From Raja brachyura (Eukaryota), in contig OY740787.1 in the NCBI GenBank assembly GCA_963514005.1, positions 59,706,001 to 59,770,000 on the forward strand: DNA of 64,000 nucleotides, written 5' to 3'. Below are positions 25,301 to 37,300 of this stretch, one piece after another (the first letter of the stretch is position 1; the number at the start of each line of letters is the position of its first letter). Below the pieces are notes generated by a model. That model was not told the DNA's origin. It saw only the letters and a program-made list of their open reading frames with translations, and made no database searches. Position numbers and translations under genes: made by a program.

Positions 25301-28300
25301 TACCTATATGTAAACATAGACAGGTTTGCAACCAGATCAATTAGACGAGTCAGATAATTTGGTTACCACTCAAGTACAGGTACCAACGGATGAACCAGAA
25401 ATGGTACAAGAAAGTACACAAGATAGTACACAAGAGTGAGAGTTTGAGCCAGCCTGAAAATGAAGGTTCAAATGTGGTTGACAATCCAACAAAATTGACT
25501 GATGGACTGGAATCTATGAATGTAGGTCAAAAGGAAGATTTGACGATCAAAAATGAGTCCATGTGGTTCCAAACAGTCAGAAACTTTTGATCAGGGAAGA
25601 TATCCAGAAAGAAGGAGAAACCCAGTGGTTAGGTTTAAATTGTGAAGTTTATTTTGTGAAACGCTCATATCCTTGTCTATGTGACATATGTGCATTATTC
25701 AGGTTATATAAAAGTAATCTATCAGACAAGATTGTAATAAATTCATACCATTTTTATTATATTCAAAAATGTCAACAATGTTATATTTAAAAATGTCAAC
25801 AAGGCGATCATTTTTTCATTAAGGTGGGAGGAGTTGTAATAGCGGCACCTTTGGTCGGAGGATTATAAACAATTGAATAAACCACAGTACACTGTGCAGT
25901 CGATTTCTGGTCACCAGTGAGTCAACTCGTATTCTGTGTCTGAGCATAAGATATCACAGACCCTTCTTCAGACTTCATACTCCAGTTTGAACTGATTGTA
26001 TCTCCATATGGTATATTTGGTCTGTTTGGATAGCATGCAAGACAAAGTCTTTTAACTGTACCTCAGGACGTGTGCCAATAATAAACCTAACTGGTTCGGC
26101 AATTGTGTCTGCGGGACAATTGGGGAATACAAACCAAGTAAAGTTAAGGGCCAAACTTTGGCAGGTGGAACTAATGTAGATGGGGCATATTGGTCGACAT
26201 GGGCAAGTTGGGCTGAAGAGCCTGCTTTCATGCTGTATTACTCTGACACCGATACAAGAAGGTTTTTCTTTCTGTGGCAAGTTGCAGTCTTCTAACTAAA
26301 TAAACATGTTGCTGGAGCATGATTTGGCCATGTCACGTGATAAAGAATTATATCTGACTTCTGGCTGGAACTGATAAAACATGAAGCAGTCTAGGGGGGG
26401 CGGCATTGGTCTTTGAAACTTAATGAGCACAAAGTCTTCTCCCTGCACTGCTGACGGATCTGAATTAAATAGTCGAGTGTTTAATTGTCATATGCACTGA
26501 CAGAACAATGAAATTCTTACTTGCGTAACAGGTCTGTAAACACAGTACACAGAGATAATGTATCATAAACAAAATTCAATAAATGAATAACCCTAATTCT
26601 AGTGCAAAAAAAGCCCTTTGGATGCAACCGAAGACAATCCATAGATTATGCGATAGTTAATTAAAGACACACAGTGCTGGAGTGACTCAGCGGTTCAGGC
26701 AACATCTCTGGAGAGCATGGATAAGTGACATTTTGGGTCGGGGCCCTTCTTCAGATGTGTATACATTTATAGTTTAATGTTGTGTTGGTGTAATGACTGG
26801 CCATTGTGACGGCTTCTTGCCCTGGCCCAGCCTGCTCCACGATGTGTCAACAGGCTTGATAGACTCTCAGATCCTTATAGATCATGAACTAGCAGAGTTA
26901 TAGTAATAAATGTACAAACACACTTCCTGTAAGTGTCGTAATCAAAACTAAAGATTTTCAAAAAATATAAGAGTTTACATATTTACCAATAACGAATACT
27001 CAATTCAAAGTCCAAGGATGTGAGATAAGCACAAAATGTTGGAGTAACTCAGCAGGTCAGGCAGCATCTATGCAGAGCTTGGATTGGTGGCATTTCCAGT
27101 CAGGGCCCTTCTTCAGACCCGAAACCTCACCTATCACATTTTCTCCAGAGATGCTTCCTGAGCCACTGAGTCACTCCAGCACTTTGTGTCTACCTTTGGT
27201 GTAAACCAGCATCTGCAGTTCCCTTTTATTCCAATAATCTGAGTGTGATCTCGTACTTTGTGATCATATTTAAAATGAACAAATTATGAATGTTGCACAG
27301 ATGTTATTTACAGGAACTCCTTGTTTCAGATGCTCCAGGTGGATGTGTCATTATGACCACAGGACAATCTCTTGGTCGGTGGGCAGTTGGGAACTGTAAG
27401 ACGATAAATGCAATGTCCATTTGTAAGAAGAGTATTGCCAATAACACGGGAACTGAAGAAACGCTTCCAAAGGGTCCTTGCCCCACTGGTTGGCTGACGA
27501 ATGCCGAAATCCATCACTGTTACAAGGTGAATAACTGAAATTTGTTCATGTGTTTATGGGAATAAATGAACAAAATCTTATACCAACAACATTGAAAGGG
27601 GAAATAGTCCAACAGGCTAACAGGTGAAATGCCAGAGAGGAATTGGTAACAAGGTTCAGTGTGGAAAATACAATTAACCATCTCTGAAACAGGTTGTCAA
27701 GGATTGTGGAGAGACAGTACGCGAATGGAGTTGAGCAGAAAGGATATGATTGAATGGCGAAGTAGACCTGATGGGCCAAATGGCCTAATTCTACTCCTAA
27801 AACTTAGGAACATAAACCAAAATGCATTTTCACGAGATCTGCATTTTATCTTTTTCCATTAATGAAACTTTTGAAGTAAGTGGCTGATGGCCTCAAAAAA
27901 GGAGCTATCTTAACCAGTTAAATTCAGTTGACGTTGATTATTTCATATTTCCTTAACGTACAAAGTAGAATAAGAAAAGAAACTTTTAATAACGTTGCCA
28001 TTCCTAATTTCTCTTGGTGGGATGATGTGTAACTGGAAATATTTCACTTCTAGCCTTTGTCACTTACTCCACCCATGTACCAATCAAACCCTCCCTCAGC
28101 TGTATCCACACATCTTGCTAGGCTTTGCCTGACTTCCAAGCCCTTCTTCCAACTTTCCTTCCCCTCTTCCCCCTCTGTAGAAGTGTCCCAACCCAGAAAC
28201 ATCCTCAGACCATTTCCCCCCTCCACAGATGCTGCCTAACCTGCTGAGTTCCTCCATCTTCTTATTTTAGTTTTGATCCCTTCTTAACCCAGGGACACTG

Positions 28301-31300
28301 AGCGACGCTCTGCGTTCTGCACAACATCCTTTGAAGTGAATAAGGTGGTCTAACCTCCTTTCCCATCTTTGCATTGAGTCGGCCATGCTGAAAGCACTGC
28401 AACATTTCTGTATAGACAAGTACCATTTTTGAAAGATCAGGGGTCTCATGGCTATGGGGAGCCCACTGACGAGGATGCGTGGCCTGGGGCAAATAAGCAA
28501 TGATCACATTGAATCTGTGGGATGGCACTGTGCTGCCGCACAGCGTTCGGGACTCCAGTTTGATCCTGACCTCGGGTGTTGTGGTGTGGAGTTTAAACGT
28601 TCTCCCTGTGACTAAGCGGGTTTCCTCCAGGTGCTCTGGTTTCTCCCATATCCCAACCATATGCGGGTTTATCGGCTAATTGGTCTTTGTAAAATTGACT
28701 AGTGTAAATTTATCAGCTAATTAGCCTCTAAAATTGACACTAGATGCAAAAGTGGGATAACATAAAACGAGTTTGAGCGGGTGATCAATGTTCGGCGTGG
28801 ACTCAATGTTCGGGGTGGACCCAAGAGCCTGTTTCCATCCTGTATCTGTAAACTAAACCAAAGTACCTGCATTTTCATGAATGCTTCCCTATTGTATTCA
28901 CATCATACTCTGGAGAATTAAGGGCCTGTCCCACCAGCATGCAACTCTATGCGATTAGCGCGACCTAACGTGGTCGCTTGAGCCGTCCGGTGTCGCAGGG
29001 CCGGTCCCACTTCGATCGCCGGAATTGTGCGGAGTTCGTCCCGACACCGCGCGGGGCTCCGAAAAACTGACTGTCCAAAAATTCCGCGCGGCAACGGCTT
29101 GTCGGCTCGCAGTCGCCTCGACATTTACAGACTGCCCCGACATCTTGCCTCCGTGAACCTATTTGTAAGTGCCTCCGTGACCCTCTATGTGTGTGGCTCC
29201 GTGGCCCTGTGTGTGTGTTTGTGCGCGTGCCTCTGTGCCCCTCTCTGTGTGCCCCTCTCTGTCCTGGCGAACTTACCTTAGACTTTGCTCCAAGTTCGCC
29301 TCACTTTGCGCCGCGTTGCGCCACTCACCTGATCTCCGCGCGGCCCCTACTGCCGTTTTGGTTGCATTTGCCGCATGCAGGCGCATGCTGGTGGGAACGG
29401 CCCTGTACAGGGGATCACCCGACCTCCGCCCGGCCCCCGCTTCTAGTTTAATCGCGTTCATCGCATAGAGTTGCATGCTGGTGGGACAGGCCCTTTATCG
29501 ATGAGCAGACTCCCACTGCAGCAAACCAGTACAATGAGTTTCCCTCAATCACTGTAGCTCATCATTGTTGCCTGCTGCACTTTGTACAGCCCTGCTCTCT
29601 GAAAGATGTATCTGCCCCAAATGGTACCAGCATCTGAACTGTGTTCAGCAATGTCTGGTAGAATGGTTGCCTATCCATGTTCTCCAGAGAAGCTGCCTGA
29701 CCCACTGTATTACTCTAACATTATTTGTCTGTCTTACAGAATTAATGTCCTTATCTCACTGTGTATTCTCGTCCTTTTGAGCCCTGGGTCGCCACACAAT
29801 TCACAAGAACTTTTATGTTGAATTTTGCCAGACAAAGGAATTACAATCACTTCAAATTGAATTTGTAGATATTTCATCACGAAAGAGTGGTAAGAAAGAG
29901 AACCTGGGAAGAAGCTGAGCGATTCTGTGAGGCGTTGGGAGCCCATCTACCAAGTTTCAGTCACCACGATGAAATGTTATATCTTCACAGCTTGCTGCGA
30001 AAAACAATCAGGTAAGTGGAACAACATAAATGTGTGGAGTTTTACTTATTTCTTTTATTAGAGTCTTACAGACCCTTTGACCAAACTTGCCCACGCTGAC
30101 CAACAAACCCCATCTACACTAGTCCCATCTCGCTGCATTTGGCTGGATAATAACAGAGGTCCAAGCAATTTTGTTCAAATAAATAATTTAAACTTTGCAA
30201 ATGTTTTTCAGTGTCCGATTTGGATCATCCATAATCTAATCTAATCATATCTGTACAGCATGGAAACTAGCCCTTGGTCCAATTTGTCCATATTGATAAA
30301 CTACTGAATAGCAATTTTTTTTAAAGCCGAATGGCAACTAGCTGCATTGCTTGTGTAACGTCCAAATTATTCAGTGATTCAAAACCCTGTCATGTAAAAC
30401 TGGTGTGAAATTATGGTGAATTGAAAGTGGTGATTGTTTTGAGGAAGAGGAACAAAGCAGTGTGATTGAAAGTGGGAAAGAAGAGTTGAACAACTCAAAC
30501 CTACTGTTTACTTAAAGGTCCTTTTAAAGCTGTGTGTCAAAAGTGTAGGAACAAGGAACTGCTGATCCACAAAAATATGACGAAGTGCTGGAGTAACTGC
30601 AGGTTAGATAGCATCCCTGGAGAACATGGATAGATGATGTTTCAGGTTGAATCCCATCTCCAGACACCACTTCTGTCAGAAGAATACTTGTCTTTATAGG
30701 TTGATGTGACTGGGAAGAGAGAGGGTTTTACGCAACACTAACATTTCATCAATAGAATATTTTTAAAAAGTCATTTATGTCATGTCTTGCATGTCTTGTT
30801 TGGAATATCTCAGTGATAGTCAATTAAGTATTTTTGAAGCAATGTACGGTTGCAATGTTGGAAACACAATAGCCATTGGTGATCAACAGGTTTGGAACAG
30901 ACAGCAGTTAACCTGCCTTTTCTGTTGTATATTTTCAAGATTATTTTTATTTTTGTTGAAGTATAGTCATGCAGCACAGAAATAGGGCCTTCAGCCCAAA
31001 CTGTCCAAGCCGACCAAAGTGCCCCATCTAAACTGGTCCCATTTGCCCACCCCCGAACTTTACCTCCGTTACATTGACGACTGTTTTGGTGTCACCTCCT
31101 GCACCCACGCACAACTGACTGACTTCATCCATTTCACCACCAACTTCCATCCGGCACTCAAATATACTTGGACCATTTCCGACATTTCCCTACCATTCCT
31201 TGACCTCACTATCTCTATTGCAGGTGATACACTCCTGACTGACATCCACTACAAACCAACTGACTCCCACAGCTACCTGGACTACTCTTCCTCCCACCCT

Positions 31301-34300
31301 GCTTCCTGTAAGGACTCCATCCCCTATTCCCAATTCCTCCATCTACGCCGCATCTGCTCCCAGGATGACGTGTTCCACACCAGGTCATCACAAATGTCCT
31401 CGTTCTTCAGAGAACGGGGTTTCCCCTCCCCCACTATAGATGAGGCTCGCACCAGGGTCTCCTCCATACCCCGCAACACTGCCCTCTCTCCCCATTCCCC
31501 CACTCACAACAAGGGCCGAGTCCCCCTGGTCCTCACCTTTCACCCCACCAGCCAGCGCATACAACAGATAGTCCTCCGCCGCTTTCGCCACCTCCAACGT
31601 GACCCCTCCACTCGCCACATCTTCCCATCTCCCCCCTGTCTGCCTTCCGCAAAGACCGCTCCCTCCGCAACTCCCTTGTCAATTCTTCCCTTCCCTCCCG
31701 CTCCACTCCTTCCCCGGGCACTTTCCCTTGCAACCGCAAGAGATGCTACACTTGTCCCTTCACCTCCTCCATCCACTCCTTTCAGGGACCCAAGCAGTCA
31801 TTCCAAGTCCGACAGAGGTTCACCTGCACCTCCTCCAACCTCATCTACTGCATCCGTTGCTCCTGATGCCAGCTGATCTACATCGGTGAGACCAAGCGGA
31901 GGCTGGGCGATCGTTTCGCCGAACACCTCCGCTCGGTCCGCAATAACCAACCCGATCTCCCGGTGGCTCAGCACTTCAACTCCCCCTCCCATTCCGTATC
32001 CGACCTCTCGGTCCTGGGCCTCCTCCATGGCCAGAGTGAGCAACACCGCAAGTTGGAGGAACAGCACCTCATATTCCGCTTGGGGAGTCTGCATCCTCTG
32101 GGCTTAAACATTGAATTTTCTCAATTCTGTTAACCCAGACTGCCCCCTCCCCTCCCCACCTCTCCCTCAGCCCTTGGGCCCTGACATTCCTTCTCCATCT
32201 CTCCCCCCCCCCCCCCCCCCCACCCCAGTCGCACTAGCTTCTCATTTTTACACCACAAACAGCTTACAATGGCCTGTTTCCTTTATCATCAATACTTTTT
32301 TGCATATCTTTAATTCATTGTTCTTTATCTCTCCACCTCACTGTTTATCTCTCTCGTTTCCCTGATCCCTGACCAGTCTGAAGAAGGGTCTCGACCCGAA
32401 ACGTCGCCTATCTCCTTCGCTCCTTAGATGCTGCTGCACCCGCTGAGTTTCTCCAGCTTTTTGTGTAACCCCCATTTGCCTGCATTTGGTTCGTATCCCT
32501 CTAATCCTTTCCTATCGACCTGCCCGTCCAAATGTCAGCATTCCAAAAACCTCCACCACTCTATCCACCTGCGGCTTCACTTTCAGGGAACAATGTACTT
32601 GTTCTCCTTGATCTTTCTGCTCTTCAGCAGTCCCCAGGCCGTTGCTGTTCACTATGAAGGTCCTGCCCCAGTTTGATGTACCAAAAATGCAACCTCGTTC
32701 TTGGCTGACAAACTCCATTTACTCTTCCTCTGTCCATTTGCCCAGCTGGTCAAAATGCCACTAATTCTTGATAACCATTGTCATTTTGAACAATGCCTCC
32801 TGTTAGTGTTAACTGGAGTCCAAATAGAATGTGAACAACTTTGAGGAAGGAAATGACATATCGTCTTCCTATGTTTTTCAAACGTGTCATATCCTTCCTT
32901 TCCTTCTGCAGTGATCAACGGTGGTTTTGGGTTGGATTAAACAAGAGAAATCCAGATTCCAAAGGCTCTTGGGAATGGAGTGATGGCCGGCCGGTAAATT
33001 TCATCTTTTCTGGTGTTCATTTTTAATGGGTTACTTTTTACACACTATCTTATAGAAGTTCGCTGGTTGTGTCTCTAAAGCATGTGTGGACAATTTACAC
33101 TCATGATAAACATTGACACAAGGCGATTGCTGATCTTCACAATGAAGTTGAAAGATCTTTTCTGTCCATCAGGGAGAGCAACTATTGGTTTAACATCTTG
33201 TGGAAGCATGTTACCTCCTCTAAGTGTTCCTTCAGAACTGCCCTAGTCTAGAGTCCATGAGCTTCACTTGCTGAAGTGGATCTTGAATATTAGATGTTCT
33301 GATGAGAGGGCCAATTAAAGGTGAAACATTTCATTCAGCACTGACCAGAATTTCCACTGAAGCTGATAAGAACATTCAGGACCCAAATGCCTACATTTGA
33401 ATTAGGAGGTTGAGATTGGTTTAAAAAAAAAAAAAAAAAGTTTTGCTTCTCCAGATCCATTTGTTAACCAGCGTGGTTTCAAAAGAATCAATCCATCCGA
33501 CACACATCTGTTTAGAACATCACAGCCCTTTGGTCCACAATATCCATGCTGAACATGAGGCTAAGACCATCTGCCTGCACATATTCATATCGCTCCATTC
33601 CCTGCATTTCTATGTGTTGCTCCAAAAGCCTCTGAAATTCCATTGTCGCACCTGCCCCCATCACCTTCCCTGGCGGTGCGTTACAGGTACTCACCATCCT
33701 CTGTGTCAACAAAAACTTCCTCTCCTTTAAACTTTGCTCCCTTTGTCTTGTTCAGTTTCTTTCATTAATTACCATTTGGTGACCAAGAAATTTGAAATAA
33801 AAATGTCCCACATGCATACCATGCACAATATACCAATTAAAATCAATTTCTCACCTGTGTAACTGCACCTTAAATTGAAGCAATGTGTTGCTTTGTGATT
33901 TTTTTTTCATTTGCACCATATTTGAGGTTTTTTTGCAAGCCAGTGGGGAAACTAGAGTGCAGATCGAAGATTCCTTTCACTGATCTCCGCAGCTGCTATA
34001 GTCGCTGCATTACAGCACCGGAGACCTGGGTTCAATCTTGACCTCGAGTGCTATGTGCGAGGAGTTTGCACATTCTCCCTGTGACTGCATTCGTTTCCTC
34101 GGGCTTTCCTCCTCACATCCCAAGATGTGCGGGTTTGTAGATTAATTGCCTTTCTATAAATTGGCCCTCGTGTGTAGGGAGTAGATGAGAAAGTGGGATA
34201 ACATAGAACTAGTGTGAATGAGTGATCGATGGTCGCCTTTTATCCTGTTGCGTTTTAATGTTTTTGTAGGTTTCCTTGGTGGTCTTACCAGTTGAATTTA

Positions 34301-37300
34301 AAGAAGATGATTTTGCTGTGCGAGATTGTAGTGCATTTCAGGTAAGACTTCAGTCTTGCTGGCAAAGTGAAAAACAGCACCTTGTATTCCACCTGGGTAG
34401 TCTACAACCCAATAGTATGAATGCTGAATGTGTCAAGTTCAGATAACCAAGGCCACATGTATTCCTTTCCCATTTCTGCTGGACCATCACCCATCTGAGG
34501 AAGGGTCCCAACCGAAACATTGCCAATCCATCGTCACCAGAGATGCTGCCTGAGCTGCTGAGTTACTCTGACTTTCTGATTCACTTCGGACCTATCCTTC
34601 CTAACCCTTCCTGCATCTGATTTTGCACCACCTTCCAAATGCTGTATTTACCTTACCTTGCCCTTCCCCCACCTGGCTCCATCTGCCCATTTTTTTGTTT
34701 TTTATTTCTTCATCTTTTGTCCACCCATCAGCATTTGTCTCTAACACTCCACTCTTTTTCCTACATCCACCTCCATATGCCTCTCCCCCCCCCCCCCCTC
34801 CCCCCACCTCGCCTCAACTTCCAGCTCCCTGTCATGCTCTTCCCTCTCACTTGTTTACACTGGCCACCATCTCTCTGCACTCTCCTTCCTGGTCCAGGTC
34901 ATGACCCCAAACATTGACAACCCATTGACTCCACAAATCCTGCTGAGGTCTTCCAGCTGATTTTTGCTTGTGGCATTGGTCTTATTTCCTAGCTGGCAAA
35001 CTGAATGGAGTGATGGCTGCAATGGGTCTTTGTAGTCAGCTGCAGCTTTGACTGTGTAAGATGGTGCTAAAATCTGGTGACTATTGCATATGGACTCAGT
35101 GGGCAGTTCCAATGTATGAGGTACTTAATCGGGGATATATGGCAATAATTTCACTGAGCCATATACAAAAAGTATTTCACTGTACCTTTGGTATGCATGA
35201 CAATAAACAAACCATTGAACCATTAGAAATCATTTTAGTCAGGGTGCTGTGACTGTGTTGAAGCCACATTTGTTACCCAGCCTGATTTACTCTGATGGGA
35301 TGGGAGTGAAATCTTTATTTAAATTCCTTTTCCCCTAATTGTGCTCCTGAAATTTTGTTATCTGTTATTCTCGTTGTTAAGTACATTAGACTGGGAGATG
35401 TTCGCTCAGCAAGCACGTTAAGTTCCTCCAGCACAGTCTGTATCAGAGAATGCACTAATGGTCGTGGGAATACTTGAAGTCACTGGCAAAGAAACTGATC
35501 AAGCACACTGCCCCATCCCTTAATGGGAGTCAAGAGTGTTTAATTGACATGTGCTGAACAGGAAACAATTAACTTCTTACTTGCAGCGGCATAACATGTC
35601 TGTAAACACAATATTCAGATATAATAAACAAAGTTGAATATTTATATTTATATTTTTATATATTTATATATATATTATATTTATATATATATAACGGCAC
35701 TTTGGTCTTTTGCTTTGCACAGATATATATATATATATATAGATATGTATCTGTTATCACTCGGGAATTTGGTCTTTTGCTTTGCTATAGCAAAGCAAAA
35801 GACCAAATCCCCGAGTGCAACCAAGAGTGCATAGTTTGGAGTTTAGTAGGTATTTGTAGTGTTCAAGAGCCTGCAGATTGTTGGGAAGAAGCTGTGCCTG
35901 AAACTTGCAGGACGTGGATTTCCATGTGCGGACATGGCGTCGAAGGATGAGAAGCCGTTGCAAAGAAGTGAAAGCCAAATAACCAAACGGAAACTTAGCC
36001 GAAACGCCAAATAACCAAAAGCATACGAAGCCGAATCGCCAACTACCCGAAAGGGTGGGACGCCTAAATGCAAACTAACCGAAAGGGCGGGACGCCTAAA
36101 AGCCAACTAATCGAAAAGCTACGTCGCCTAAATGCAAACTCACTGAAAGGCTGCTCTGCCAGAACGGCAACTAGCCAAAAGGCTGCGTCGCCTACGCCAA
36201 CTAACCGAATGGCCGCTCAGCCAAAAAGTCAAATAACGGACATGACGTCGCGGGGGGGGGGGGGGACTTTTCAGCGATTGGTCCAGACCCCCGCATCCAT
36301 CACATCGCTGGTCGGTGGAGACGGGAGGGTGGGGGTCATTTTCCCCACACAAGCCATAGGTGACTGAGCACTCTGAACCCGAGCACCCAAGCGGCCGAAG
36401 GAGCGCATCCCTTGGGACAGCCCCCACTCTCCCATGGCCACGGTCGCCCTCTGCTTTGTCTCCCCTGCGTGGCCGCACTGACAGGCTGTGTGTCGGCAGG
36501 GCCGGGTGGAGCACAGGTGTGGAACAAGCTGGTCCCTCCGTCCACCCAGAGGCACCTTTCCTGCCTATGTATCTGTCCAAGTGTCTTTTAAATTTTGTTG
36601 TTGTACTTGCCTTCCCTGACAGCTTATTCCATATACCCACCACACTCTTGAGTGAAAAATGTTGCCCCTTGGGTTCCGATCAGATTTTTCCTGTCCCACC
36701 TTAAATCCATGTCCTCTGGTTCCTGATTTCCCCTATTCTAGGTAAAGGTGTCTGTACATTCATCTGTCTATAACTCACATGATATTATACACCTCTAAGA
36801 TCTCCTTTCAACCTCCTGCGCTCCTAGGAATGAAGTCCTAGCCATCGCAATCTCTCCCTATAGCTCAGGCGCTCGAGTCCTGGCAACATCCTCGCAAATC
36901 TTTTCTGCACCCTTTCGTTTGAGAGGTCCATTGGGTTATGTTTGGGTTTATTGTTGTCGTGGGTACCGAGGTACAGTGAAAAACTTTGTTTCGTACCAGC
37001 ACTGATATGTGAATGGAGTGCATTCAGCAGCAGAAAGTGGCAAACTATTGCTGCTGGCAACTAGAAGTGTCAAATATAATATAAATCTTCCAGATTAAAT
37101 GGAGCCTCATCTTAACCTTTTTGTATTTCTACAGACACAGAAACCTTTATGGAATTATTTTATGTTTGACATCCGAAGGAAATTTGACTATCACTTAATG
37201 CCTTTCCACTGCGACATTAGACTTGAATGGATTTGCCAGATACCGAAAGGTAAATTATTGTTTATCTAGTTTAACTGTAACTAATCTCTGGTTGCATTTT

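Larger units (their letters stand above)
19276..25958 (+). mobile_element. Full-length decayed Ty3/Gypsy LTR retrotransposon (Mag-like)
   Basis: LTRs 19276..19397 and 25835..25958; 5-bp TSD GACCC; PBS TGGCGACGAGGATGGGAT; PPT aaggtgggaggag; gag (FFAANNI), PR (VDTGAS), RT (YLDD), RH (CDASPY), IN ([17 protein letters not shown]) in Gypsy order; many stops and frameshifts. Confidence 0.95.

Noticed and set aside
35970-36240. CRISPR array (32-bp periodicity)
   Set aside because: The units are adjacent and degenerate, with no unique spacers and no cas genes, in a eukaryotic context.
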